DNA from: an uncultured candidate division Zixibacteria bacterium
Lineage (GTDB): Bacteria; Zixibacteria; MSB-5A5; UBA10806
DNA: 64,000 nucleotides
Direction of reading: 5' to 3'
Assembly: GCA_963817915.1 (NCBI GenBank)
Contig: CAWFQL010000017.1
Coordinates: 480,001 to 544,000 of the forward strand
Below are positions 42,877-52,319 of this stretch, piece by piece. The position numbers and the translations under genes were made by a program. Numbering within the stretch: position 1 is the first letter of the stretch; every line of letters starts with the position of its first letter. The notes under the pieces were generated by a model that saw only the letters and a program-made list of their open reading frames with translations, was not told the DNA's origin and did no database searches.

Positions 42877-42935
42877 AATTACTAAAATACCCCGATCACA
42901 GACCGGGGCATTGTTACCGATCCTTTTTTTCTATA

Positions 42936-43490
42936 CTACGATTTCATTAAGAACAGGTTGCGCAATATTAATGAAAGCGGAGCCAGTGTCGCTCCGATAT
43001 AAAATAAGTGCCAATTGAAAAACGTTACTATTAACATGATCACTAATAATGTCAGAATTTGCGCCGACGATTGCCCTAATGAGAATTTAGAACCGATCGA
43101 TAATTTGCCGGATAAAATTCCTTGAAAGTTCTTGTACAATCTCCCGACAATTATCGATTCTAAATGACGTAGATCGATTATCAGAAATAACGATAATGAA
43201 AACCCCAAAATCATCCAGTAGAGCGCCAACGATATCGGTGATGACGATGAATTCGCGGTTAACCAAATGATCAGAATCAGTATTGCCGGAATAATTTTCA
43301 ATAAAACCTTATAGAATGTTATCGTCTGCGATGTTTTGAACAGGTTCGCTGACTGGTATTCGATATATTTCGAAGTGTAATTCTTATATTGATTCGATGC
43401 TATCTTGCCCAACAATATATCGCCTAAACTTAAGACCAGTAGAATTCCGCTGGCTATAATCGGTGTTCCTAAAATCGTGTCGGCAATCAT
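42936..43490 (-). CDS. hypothetical membrane protein
   Basis: 184 aa, several TM segments, coupled to rnhB. Confidence 0.7.
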   Translation of the reverse strand: MIADTILGTPIIASGILLVLSLGDILLGKIASNQYKNYTSKYIEYQSANLFKTSQTITFYKVLLKIIPAILILIIWLTANSSSSPISLALYWMILGFSLSLFLIIDLRHLESIIVGRLYKNFQGILSGKLSIGSKFSLGQSSAQILTLLVIMLIVTFFNWHLFYIGATLAPLSLILRNLFLMKS

Positions 43491-44107
43491 CTCTCATCCT
43501 CCTTGAAAAAGGTGGTCACCGGATAAAATGATCTTCTGTGAATAGGGCAGGGGCCTAATTTCATGAGACAGTCGATATGGCTCTTTGTCGGATATCCCTT
43601 ATGCTTTTCGAATCCATATCCGGGATATCGCTGACTCATAGACTGCATTATCTCATCTCTATGTGTCTTGGCCAGGATCGATGCCGCCATTATCGATGGC
43701 ACAATTGAATCTCCCTTTATGATTGCCCTCTGCTCAATATCAAAATTCGGTATTCTACAATTACCATCGACCAAAACTAGTTCCGGCTTTACGTTTAACC
43801 CTTCAATAGCCTTGCGCATGGCCAGTAGAGATGCCTGAAGAATATTGATCTCATCCACTAATTCCGGCCCTATCGCGGCAATACTCCACGCCGCACCCGA
43901 GGCAATTATTCGTTCCTTCTGATAAGTCCGCTGTGTCGGCGAAAGAGCCTTGGAATCATCGAGACCATCAATATCAAAATCAGAAGGAAGTATCACGGCC
44001 GCCGCTACGACCGGCCCCGCCAACGGCCCGCGCCCGGCCTCATCGACTCCGCAAGTAAAAGGCTCGGTGAAATCACCGAGCCCGAATTTTCCATCAGACC
44101 TTATCAA
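43487..44107 (-). CDS. rnhB: ribonuclease HII
   Basis: GVDEAGRGPLAGPV, DSK, AASILAK, HKGYPT. Confidence 0.98.
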   Translation of the reverse strand: MIRSDGKFGLGDFTEPFTCGVDEAGRGPLAGPVVAAAVILPSDFDIDGLDDSKALSPTQRTYQKERIIASGAAWSIAAIGPELVDEINILQASLLAMRKAIEGLNVKPELVLVDGNCRIPNFDIEQRAIIKGDSIVPSIMAASILAKTHRDEIMQSMSQRYPGYGFEKHKGYPTKSHIDCLMKLGPCPIHRRSFYPVTTFFKEDER

Positions 44108-44451
44108 GCCTCTTTTTTCTCAGCTATCCTGGCCTTTTTGCCCTTGAGGTCTCTGAGGTAATACAGCTTGGAACGGCGAATTCTGCCCTGTTTGATAAGC
44201 TGAATCTTATCGACATTCGGCGAATGCAGGGGGAAGACACGTTCCACGCCTACGCCAGCCGATATTTTGCGCACCGTGAATGATGCCGATAATCCGCCGC
44301 CGTTACGAGCGATAACAGTGCCTTGAAATATCTGAATTCTTTCCTTATCGCCTTCTTTGATTCTGACGTGTACTTTGATAGTATCGCCAGGCGCGAAATT
44401 CGGGATATCCGATTTAAGGGATTTGCCATCCAGCGCTTTTATCACTGACAT
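44104..44451 (-). CDS. rplS: 50S ribosomal protein L19
   Basis: KERIQIFQG, GVGVERVFP, KLYYLR. Confidence 0.99.
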   Translation of the reverse strand: MSVIKALDGKSLKSDIPNFAPGDTIKVHVRIKEGDKERIQIFQGTVIARNGGGLSASFTVRKISAGVGVERVFPLHSPNVDKIQLIKQGRIRRSKLYYLRDLKGKKARIAEKKEA

Positions 44452-45203
44452 TGTCCTAACTCCATTCGTTTTAAATTATTTTCATATTCATCTAATATCT
44501 TTTTTTCATCATTATTTAAAGCTTTTTTTTCAAAAAGCTCGGGACGTCTATATTTTGTCCGGTAAAGAGCGTTACCGATGCGCCATTTGCGGATATTTTC
44601 GTGATGCCCCGATATCAGTACTTCCGGCGCGCGATGACCCTCGAATTCCTCCGGACGAGTATACTCTTCCGAGCCCAAAAGCCCCGCGAAATGAGAATCG
44701 TTTTCCGCCGAGCCAAAATCCTTCATCGTACCGGGCAAAAGCCTCAAGATGGCATCGGTGATTACCATAGCGGCATATTCGCCGCCGGTGACTACATAAT
44801 CGCCGATCGAAACTTCGCGCAAGCCCGCGATATCTACCGCTCTTTGATCGACTCCTTTATAATGTCCGCAAATAATTAATATTCGTTCAATCTTTGATAA
44901 CTCAATCGCCATCTGCTGGGTGAAAAGCTCCCCCGATGCCGATGTCAGTATACGAGTTGCCTGATTATCGGGATCGAGAGCCCTTATCGCGGCTATAATC
45001 GGTTCGGGCTTCATCACCATGCCTGGCCCGCCGCCATAGGGGATATCATCGACAACTTTATGCTTATCAAGTGTATAATCGCGCAGATTATGCACCTTAA
45101 TATCGAAAAGGTTGTTTTCCCTGCCGCGGCCGATAAGGCTTTCGCGAAGAGGAGCATCGACCATCTCAGGGAAAATTGTGATAATATCAATCCGCATACT
45201 CAA
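44442..45203 (-). CDS. trmD: tRNA (guanine37-N1)-methyltransferase
   Basis: VDDIPYGGGPGMV, SIGDYVVTGGE, YTRP; alternative ATG at 45197. Confidence 0.98.
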   Translation of the reverse strand: MSMRIDIITIFPEMVDAPLRESLIGRGRENNLFDIKVHNLRDYTLDKHKVVDDIPYGGGPGMVMKPEPIIAAIRALDPDNQATRILTSASGELFTQQMAIELSKIERILIICGHYKGVDQRAVDIAGLREVSIGDYVVTGGEYAAMVITDAILRLLPGTMKDFGSAENDSHFAGLLGSEEYTRPEEFEGHRAPEVLISGHHENIRKWRIGNALYRTKYRRPELFEKKALNNDEKKILDEYENNLKRMELGQCQ

Positions 45204-45697
45204 TAAAGCCCGTCGATCTTGCTAATTACTATTTTCTTTGCTTCCAAATCTATTGTTTTGATTATCGATTTCACGAACGGTACCATGATTGTTTTGTCAC
45301 CGTTTTTAATATTCAACATATCATTCGCCGCGATTTGATCGATTCTTTCTACAGTCCCTACAATATTTCCATTTTCGTCGGATACTTCGGCCCCTTCGAG
45401 CTCATAATGATAAAATTCATTTTCTGCCAATGGGGGAAGGTCGTCTTTTTCGACAAAAACTTCGGCGCCTTTCCATCGTTTGGCATTGTCTTCATCGTCG
45501 ATACCAATGAATTTTACAGCGATTCTTCCCTTTAATAATTTGACGTATTCTACCGTCGCGGAGAGTGAATTCTCTCCCTTGGCCATGAGCACCTTCGCGC
45601 CCTGATGGATACTTTGAGAATCAGCATTATAAAGGACAGCCGCCAGCTCCCCTTTGAAACCTCGTGGCCCTTTAATGTATGCCACTGCAATCTTCAT
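45200..45697 (-). CDS. rimM: ribosome maturation factor RimM
   Basis: GPRGFKGE, EFYHYELEG, VPFV; synteny. Confidence 0.95.
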   Translation of the reverse strand: MKIAVAYIKGPRGFKGELAAVLYNADSQSIHQGAKVLMAKGENSLSATVEYVKLLKGRIAVKFIGIDDEDNAKRWKGAEVFVEKDDLPPLAENEFYHYELEGAEVSDENGNIVGTVERIDQIAANDMLNIKNGDKTIMVPFVKSIIKTIDLEAKKIVISKIDGLY

Positions 45698-45740
45698 ATA
45701 GAAACCGGCGGCATGTCTGAGCTAACGCTAACCGACGTCG

Positions 45741-45971
45741 CTATTCTAATATTTCCAGAAGAGCCCGTTTACCCTTTTTCGCGGAAACCGCCGAAATAAT
45801 GGTTCTAATGGCCTTCGCAGTTTGTCCTTTCCGACCGATTACTTTACCAAGATCGTCTTGATAAACTCTCAGTTCGTAGACTGTGGTTTTCTCGCCTTCG
45901 ACCTCAGTAACTGCTACTGATTCGGGGTGGTCAACCAGTGCCTTTGCTATGTACTCGATGAACTCCTTCAC
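45741..45971 (-). CDS. khpA: KH-domain RNA-binding protein
   Basis: [22 protein letters not shown]. Confidence 0.95.
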   Translation of the reverse strand: MKEFIEYIAKALVDHPESVAVTEVEGEKTTVYELRVYQDDLGKVIGRKGQTAKAIRTIISAVSAKKGKRALLEILE

Positions 45972-46018
45972 GTTTCCTCCTTGCTTGTAGTGGAATAAGA
46001 GGTTCTATTGGAACACTT

Positions 46019-46366
46019 CTATTCAGGTTTAGGGGTCCTTTTCTTCTTTTTGGTTTTTTCCTTGATTTCGCCCTTAATCTGCATTTCGGAAATATCCTCG
46101 CCCTTTTTGTGCTTGGACCATTTCTTGAGCAGGCCTATTTCCTTAAATAACGAATTGACCGTATCCGAAATCACGGCGCCATTATCCATCCAGTAGAAGA
46201 TTCTGTCTTCGTTGAGGAAAATCTTGGCTGGTTTTTCAATCGGCTGGTAATGACCCAGGGCTTCTATGAAACGCCCGTCGCGTGGCATTCTCATATCGGT
46301 TGCTACTAATCTGTAGAAGGGCCTCTTTTTGGCGCCCATTCGACGTAATCTGATTGTTACTGACAC
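46019..46366 (-). CDS. rpsP: 30S ribosomal protein S16 (GTG start)
   Basis: IRLRRMGAKKRPFYR, PRDGRFIE. Confidence 0.99.
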   Translation of the reverse strand: MSVTIRLRRMGAKKRPFYRLVATDMRMPRDGRFIEALGHYQPIEKPAKIFLNEDRIFYWMDNGAVISDTVNSLFKEIGLLKKWSKHKKGEDISEMQIKGEIKEKTKKKKRTPKPE

Positions 46367-46409
46367 TGCACCTCCTGATGACCTAAACCGCCAGGCTTAG
46401 GCCGAGTTA

Positions 46410-47717
46410 TTATATTGGAAATCCTTTTGGAATATTCATTTTTGAAAACTTCTTTATCATTTTCTGCATTTCGTAAAATTGCTTCAAGAGCTGGTTGACA
46501 TCCTGCACCGATGTCCCCGAACCTGTCGCGATCCGTTTGCGGCGAGATCCATCGATAATGGAAGGCTGAACCCGTTCTTTAACCGTCATGCTGTTGATAA
46601 TCGCTTCAACCTTGACCAGCCCGGATTCATCCACCTGAACACCCTTCATCTGCTTGCTCATTCCGGGGATCATCTCGAGTATATTTTGCAACGGCCCCAT
46701 CTTTTTCAACTGCTTTAATTGAGAAAGAAAATCCTCGAATGTAAAACTCTCTTTTAATAACTTCTTTTCTAACCGCTCGGCTTCAGCGAAATCAACAGTC
46801 TCCTGCGCCTTCTCTACTAATGATACGATATCACCCATGCCAAGGATTCGCGACGCGATCCGTTCCGGGTAAAATTCTTCCAAATCCGTCAGCTTTTCGC
46901 CGGTCCCGATAAATTTTACAGGTATCCCCAATGCCGCCCTGATTGACATCGCCGCTCCGCCTCGGGCATCGCCATCCATCTTGGTGAGAATTGCTCCGGT
47001 AAGGCCGATACGATTATTAAATTCCTGCGCGACATTGAGGGCTTCCTGGCCTGTCATGGCATCGGCTACGAAGAGAATCTCCTTGGCGCCGGATGATTTC
47101 TTGACATCGGCCAGCTCTGACATGAGCTCGTCATCTATCTGCAAACGGCCTGCTGTATCGACAATCACGACATCGAGCATCTTCTCGCGGGCGTGCGCTA
47201 TCGATGATTCGGCGATCTTCGGCGCGGAATCTTCCGCAGTGTAAAACGGCATATTTATCGACGTCGCCAAAACTTCGAGCTGCTTTTTTGCGGCCGGTCT
47301 GTGAATATCAGCGGCAACCATAAGCGGCCTGTGGCCTCGTTTCCGAAGATATAGGGCTAATTTGCCAGCGAATGTTGTCTTGCCTGAGCCCTGTAAACCT
47401 GCCAATAGCACGACCGATGGGGGAGTTCCTGATAGGCTAATTTCAGCCTTGCCGCCCCCGAGCATTTCGATCATCTCGTCATGCACGATCTTGACAATCT
47501 GCTGGCCGGGAGTGATAGACTTGGTGACTTCCTTGCCGATCGCTTTTTTCTCGATCTCTGCCACGAAGTTTTTGACAACCTTGTAGTTGACATCGGCCTC
47601 GAGGAGAGCCATGCGGATCTCCTTGGCGGCCTCGCCGATATTTTTTTCCGAAAGATGACCTCGTCCGGTCAGCTTACGGAAAATGCCATCAAGCCTGTCG
47701 CTGATCTGCTCAAACAT
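46410..47717 (-). CDS. ffh: signal recognition particle protein
   Basis: ALLEADV, GLQGSGKTT, DTAGR, TKMDGDARGG, SRRKRIA. Confidence 0.99.
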   Translation of the reverse strand: MFEQISDRLDGIFRKLTGRGHLSEKNIGEAAKEIRMALLEADVNYKVVKNFVAEIEKKAIGKEVTKSITPGQQIVKIVHDEMIEMLGGGKAEISLSGTPPSVVLLAGLQGSGKTTFAGKLALYLRKRGHRPLMVAADIHRPAAKKQLEVLATSINMPFYTAEDSAPKIAESSIAHAREKMLDVVIVDTAGRLQIDDELMSELADVKKSSGAKEILFVADAMTGQEALNVAQEFNNRIGLTGAILTKMDGDARGGAAMSIRAALGIPVKFIGTGEKLTDLEEFYPERIASRILGMGDIVSLVEKAQETVDFAEAERLEKKLLKESFTFEDFLSQLKQLKKMGPLQNILEMIPGMSKQMKGVQVDESGLVKVEAIINSMTVKERVQPSIIDGSRRKRIATGSGTSVQDVNQLLKQFYEMQKMIKKFSKMNIPKGFPI

Positions 47718-47890
47718 TCGAAAATCTTCCCATAATCATATACTCATCGACTTCGAAAATCGCCATGCCTCTAAATAGGCATACTCCAGCCCTCAAAGTC
47801 AAGCTACTAAAATAGCAATTTTAATAAATTACGCAACAACAATTTGACTCGATTTTGGGGGTGATTTTTTGGGCATAAATAACCCTCTCG

Positions 47891-48080
47891 TGCGGTGTCA
47901 GGAACCCTTTCCTGACACTTTTACGATGTTTTTTTGTAGAGACGCAAGATTTTGCGTCTCTACCGAAAGATAACACACCAGTAGGGGTTTGATTCATCAA
48001 ACGCCTATTTTGATTTTGGAGTGCGGTCGGGTGGCCTCACCCGAACGCTTCCTCTGTGTCGGGTCAGGCGACCCGACACC
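47891..48080. repeat. cluster of REP-like hairpins
   Basis: GTGTCAGGAA...TTCCTGACAC; GTAGAGACGCAAGATTTTGCGTCTCTAC (47936-47963); GTAGGGGTTTGATTCATCAAACGCCTA (47981); TGTCGGGTCAGGCGACCCGACA. Confidence 0.85.
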
Positions 48081-48084
48081 ACAA

Positions 48085-48132
48085 AAAGCCGGGGATAAGG
48101 TTGAGACAAAAAAAATGACGCTGATGAAATGA
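48085..48132 (+). pseudogene. orphan 3' fragment of a sorting-domain gene (KAGDKVETKKMTLMK*)
   Basis: 40/44 nt identical to 50520-50563, the 3' end of the downstream gene. Confidence 0.8.
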
Positions 48133-48425
48133 GGCGATTTTTAGCATTGCATGGGTGCGAAATAATAAATCCGATTAAATAATACGATCCTATGTCCATC
48201 TTTGCTATGGGTATGTAACTACGTACTTATAAATGATTTAGGATAGCTACGGCTAATTGTGACCACAAAATATTAGCGCTTGCCTATTTTTGATATTAAT
48301 ATATATTGTCATTAGCGTCTCCGCAATTCCCCAGATTGCGGTTTTTGAATAATTAACCAGTTAAAATTATTAGTTGTTTTGCAGATTACATTGTATTTAG
48401 ACAACCCAAAATAATTGAGGAAGAG

Positions 48426-50579
48426 ATGAAAAAGACTTACAGTTTACTGACCGCCCTCCCAATTTTAATAAGCGTTTTGATGATGCCTGTGCCTGCGCGA
48501 GCGCAGAATGTCGATTATGTTGGCTCAACGCTTTGGAGTGGAGCGAATGATGTCAAAGTCGTGGATAATTTCGCATATTGCGCGCTCAATAACGGTTTGG
48601 CCATAATAAATATCTCAATCCCGGCTTCTCCAACATTCGTAAGTCAACTGTATCTTCGGGGCGGCGCGCTAGACATCGATGTTGTTGCCGATTACGCCTA
48701 TGTGGCGGATGGGCGTTCCGGCCTTCAGATAATAAATGTATCAGATCCTGCAAATCCTGTCTTATCCGGAAGCTATGAAACGCCAGGCGATTTTTCAGGC
48801 GTTTGTGTTCTGGGCAATTACGCTTATGTGACAGATTACGGGGCGGGCCTTCAGATAATAAATGTATCAAATCCTGCAAGCCCAGTTTTAGCTGGAAGCA
48901 TTGATACTCCGGGCTATGCTTGGAGCGTATTTGTCCTGGGCAGTTACGCTTATGTGGCGGATTTTGAGTCTGGCCTCGAGATAATAAACGTTTCCAATCC
49001 CGCAAATCCAGTTTTCGCCGGAAGTTTTAATACACCGGGCTTTGCGCTTGGCGTTAATGTTTTGGGCAATTATGCATATGTAGCGGATGGCGATGGATCA
49101 GGACTTCAGATCATAAACATTTCTAATCCTGAGAATCCAGTTTTAGCCGGTAGCTTTGAAACTTATGGTATTGCATCTGTCGTTTTTGCGAGGGGCAATT
49201 ACGCATATTTGACCGATGGAAGCTATGGACTTCAGATAATAAACGTAGCTGATCCTGCCAATCCAGTTTTAGCCGGAAACTATGAAACTCCTGGCGATGC
49301 TTTAGGCATTTTTATTTTGGGCAATTATGCTTATGTGACGGACGTGGCCGATGATCTTGCAGGCCTTCAGATAATAAACGTATCCAATCCTGCTAATCCA
49401 GTCTTAGCCGGAAGCTATGAAACGCCGGACTATGCTTATGACGTTTTTGTTTTGGGCGATTACGCTTATGTGGCGGATTATTTATTTGGTCTTCAAATAG
49501 TAAACGTATCTAATCCAGCTAATCCGGTCTTAGTCGGAAGTTTTGACACGGAAGGTATTGCTTATAGTGTTTTTGCCCAAGGGAATTACGCCTTTGTGGC
49601 AGATGCAACTCGCGGTCTGCAGATAATAAATGTAACTAATCCCGCTGTTCCTGTTTTGACCGGATCCTACGACACGCCGGGCACAGCTCATGACGTATTT
49701 GTCAAAGACAGTTGCGCCTATGTGGCGTCATGGAACCGCGGCCTTCAAATAATTGACATATCTAACCCGGCTAATCCCGGTCTGGCAGGAAGCTATCAAA
49801 CTGAGGGTGTTGCTTATGGCGTTTATGTCCTGGGCAATTATGCTTACGTGTCAGATGGGGAAGCCGGCCTCCAGATAATAAACATATCTAATCGCGCTAA
49901 TCCGGTTTTGACTGGAAGCTATGATACACCGGGCGAAGCCTTTGGCGTTTTTGTGCTTGGCAACTATGCTTACGTGGCAGATTATGAGGGGTCTGGTCTT
50001 CAAATAATAAACGTTTCTAATCCCGCTAATCCGGTTTTAGCCGGAAGCTATGAAACACCAGGTGATGCTATCGGTGTTTTTGTACTTGGCAATTACGCTT
50101 ACGTGGCGGATTATTTTTCTGGCCTTCAGATTTTAAACGTATCTAATCCTGCTAATCCGGTTTTAGCTGGAAGCTATGCTACTCCCGGCGAATCTCAAGG
50201 AGTTTTTGTTCTTGGCAATTATGCATATGTGGCTGATCAATCTTCATTAATGATTCTTCATTTCCAAAACCAAACCGGGATTAATGAAAATGAAAATCTG
50301 CCAGTCAAATTCTCCATTTCCCAAAACTACCCCAATCCGTTCAATGCCCAGACTATGATTCAATACACTCTGCCAACTCAATCAGAAATTTCCATCGACA
50401 TCTTCGATATTCTCGGCCGCAACGTAGAAAAAATTGCTGAAGGTATAAAGCCCGCGGGCAATCATCAGGCGATCTGGGATGCAAGCAATCAAGCATCGGG
50501 GATGTATTTCTATCGAATCAAAGCCGGGGATAGGGTCGAGACGAAAAAGATGACGCTGATGAATAATAGGCCTGTGTAA
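48426..50579 (+). CDS. secreted LVIVD-repeat beta-propeller protein with T9SS type-A-like C-terminal sorting domain
   Basis: Signal peptide ending ARA-Q; 14 repeats of about 42 aa (GNYAYVAD-x-GLQIINVSNPANPVLAGSY-x-TPG); C-terminal QNYPNPFN...SGMYFYRI. Confidence 0.92.
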   Translation: MKKTYSLLTALPILISVLMMPVPARAQNVDYVGSTLWSGANDVKVVDNFAYCALNNGLAIINISIPASPTFVSQLYLRGGALDIDVVADYAYVADGRSGLQIINVSDPANPVLSGSYETPGDFSGVCVLGNYAYVTDYGAGLQIINVSNPASPVLAGSIDTPGYAWSVFVLGSYAYVADFESGLEIINVSNPANPVFAGSFNTPGFALGVNVLGNYAYVADGDGSGLQIINISNPENPVLAGSFETYGIASVVFARGNYAYLTDGSYGLQIINVADPANPVLAGNYETPGDALGIFILGNYAYVTDVADDLAGLQIINVSNPANPVLAGSYETPDYAYDVFVLGDYAYVADYLFGLQIVNVSNPANPVLVGSFDTEGIAYSVFAQGNYAFVADATRGLQIINVTNPAVPVLTGSYDTPGTAHDVFVKDSCAYVASWNRGLQIIDISNPANPGLAGSYQTEGVAYGVYVLGNYAYVSDGEAGLQIINISNRANPVLTGSYDTPGEAFGVFVLGNYAYVADYEGSGLQIINVSNPANPVLAGSYETPGDAIGVFVLGNYAYVADYFSGLQILNVSNPANPVLAGSYATPGESQGVFVLGNYAYVADQSSLMILHFQNQTGINENENLPVKFSISQNYPNPFNAQTMIQYTLPTQSEISIDIFDILGRNVEKIAEGIKPAGNHQAIWDASNQASGMYFYRIKAGDRVETKKMTLMNNRPV

Positions 50580-50667
50580 GTCGTCGTTCCGAATGTAATG
50601 AGGAACGCGACAAAATGGGGCTGTCGGGTTTTCGTCCGGCGGCTGCCGGACTCAAAGCGGGACCTAC
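50576..50667. repeat. 92-bp REPIN-like doublet, copy 1
   Basis: GTAAGTCG...CGACA, spacer, TGTCGGGTTTTCGTCCGGC...GCCGGACTCAAA...GACCTAC; homologous to 51389-51480. Confidence 0.85.
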
Positions 50668-50912
50668 AACTCGCTTTATCGAATTAATAGCCGGGGCTTT
50701 CAACCCGGATTTGCGGCCTTAGAAAAGGCCGCCTATTAAGGAAGCTGTATCAGTCGGTGGCTCACGACCCGACCGAACTGATATGGCCGCGGAATTAAGC
50801 ATCGGCTTGACACGCTGTAGAAGATGTGGTAACGGGACATGTTTATATATCAGGATTGTGTTCATGTTTGATTACGCACAAAAAATTTACTTCGTAATAT
50901 TGTGGAGGAGAA

Positions 50913-51378
50913 ATGGAAAATAAGCCGCAGATGCTATCGCATGCCGAGCTAAAAAAGCTGCGCACGCCGGTGAGAGAACGCAAATGTCGAGCATAAAGAG
51001 ACGCTAACCAAACTTGAGAGATTTTCGCTAATTGTCACTGATCATATTGGCACAATGGGATTTTTCTTTGTGATTTTAGCATGGACCGGCCTCTGGCTGG
51101 GCTGGAACACCCTGGCCCCACATGGATTTCGCTTCGATCCTTTTCCGGCGTTTGTCCTTTGGCTATTTATATCCAATATGCTACAGATCTTCCTGATGCC
51201 GTTAATAATGATCGGCCAGAATCTCCAAGGGCGTCATGCGGAAATTCGAGCTGAATCCGATTTTGAGGTAAATGTTAAGGCTGAAAGAGAAATAGAAGCA
51301 ATTTTGCTTCACCTGGAACATCAGAATGAACTAATGCTCAAAATTCTCGCCAATTTGGAATCAAAAAAGAGCGGCTGA
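50913..51378 (+). CDS. DUF1003-like membrane protein with a +1 frameshift at about 50976 (pseudogene or sequence error)
   Basis: SD GGAGGAG then MENKPQ...TPVR; +1 frame continues NANVEHKETLTKLERF...HIGTMGFF...FDPFP...PLIMIGQN. Confidence 0.8.
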
Positions 51379-51388
51379 TCCAGCTCTG

Positions 51389-51542
51389 GTAAGTCGGCGT
51401 TCCCGATTACGAGAGATATTCGACCAAATCAAGCTGTCGGGTTTTCGTCCGGCAGCCGCCGGACTCAAACCGCGACCTACTGCCTGAGTGCAACAAAGAA
51501 CCCGACAAAATCGGGCTATCGGGTTTTTCAAACCCGATCTAC
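51389..51542. repeat. 92-bp REPIN-like doublet, copy 2, plus a partial third copy lacking the inner module
   Basis: 51389-51480 is homologous to 50576-50667; then GAACCCGACAAAATCGGGCTATCGGGTTTTTCAAACCCGATCTAC. Confidence 0.85.
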
Positions 51543-51576
51543 GGCTGGCAGGAATCTCCCCGCACTACTTCCCTGA

Positions 51577-51605
51577 TTGACAAACCGAATCTATTCACCT
51601 ATATT
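51577..51605 (+). promoter_or_regulatory. sigma70-like promoter for lemA
   Basis: TTGACA-N17-TATATT. Confidence 0.65.
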
Positions 51606-51671
51606 GACCACCTGTTAATATGGAGGCTTGTCCGCATTTGGGCCTTCAATCGAATGGCTTTTTAAAGGGGT

Positions 51672-52259
51672 GTGAAATTGGCTCTATCTAAAGGCGCGTT
51701 AATAGGCATTATTATCGGGGCGGTCGTGATTTTTGGCATTATAATTATCGCCCTGAGCATCATAGTTCCGTATAATTCCATGACCAGCAAGCAAATACTG
51801 GTCGATAAATCATGGTCGGATGTCGATAACCAGCTCCAGAGGCGAAACGATCTAATCCCCAATCTGGTTGAGACAGTCAAAGGTTATGCTACCCATGAGA
51901 ATACGCTTTTTACCAATATTGCCAATGCCCGCGCCAAATTGGCCGGGGCAGGCTCGGTGCAAGATAAAATCAACGCCTCCAATGAGCTCAGCGGATTCCT
52001 GTCGCGCTTATTGATGGTAGTAGAAAATTATCCGCAGTTAAAAGCCAACGAAAGCTTCATGAAGCTCCAGGACGAATTAGCCGGGACCGAAAACCGTATC
52101 TCGGTTGCCAGAGTCCGCTACAATGAAGCAGTTACAAGCTACAATACTCAAATCCGAGTATTTCCCTCCAATCTGATCGCCGGAATGTTTAACTTCAAAG
52201 AAAAAGCATTCTTCGTGGCGCCCGAATCAGCCAAGGCAGTACCGCAGGTTAAATTTTAG
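51672..52259 (+). CDS. lemA: LemA family protein (GTG start)
   Basis: N-terminal TM, QRRNDLIPNLVETVKGY, ENYPQLKAN, TENRISVAR. Confidence 0.96.
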   Translation: MKLALSKGALIGIIIGAVVIFGIIIIALSIIVPYNSMTSKQILVDKSWSDVDNQLQRRNDLIPNLVETVKGYATHENTLFTNIANARAKLAGAGSVQDKINASNELSGFLSRLLMVVENYPQLKANESFMKLQDELAGTENRISVARVRYNEAVTSYNTQIRVFPSNLIAGMFNFKEKAFFVAPESAKAVPQVKF

Positions 52260-52319
52260 TTTACCTGCGATTTGAAATATTTTGGGATAGCATCGGGCTA
52301 TTCAGCAGTTCTTTAAGAT

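Noticed and set aside
46375..46405. Hairpin upstream of rpsP on the minus strand (GGCCTAAGCC/GGTTTAGGTC)
   Set aside because: A single short stem with no further support; it cannot be distinguished from an ordinary intercistronic stabiliser.
48520..50260. CRISPR-like periodic DNA repeats
   Set aside because: The period is about 126 nt, in frame, and encodes protein repeats; there are no unique spacers and no cas genes.
48085..50563. Diversity-generating retroelement template/variable repeat pair (3 of 4 mismatches are at A in the upstream copy)
   Set aside because: Only 44 bp, one mismatch is T/C, three are synonymous third-position changes, and no reverse transcriptase is in the window.
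50576..51542. Integron attC sites around the DUF1003 gene
   Set aside because: The ends are GTAAG/CCTAC rather than RYYYAAC/GTTRRRY, and no integrase is present.
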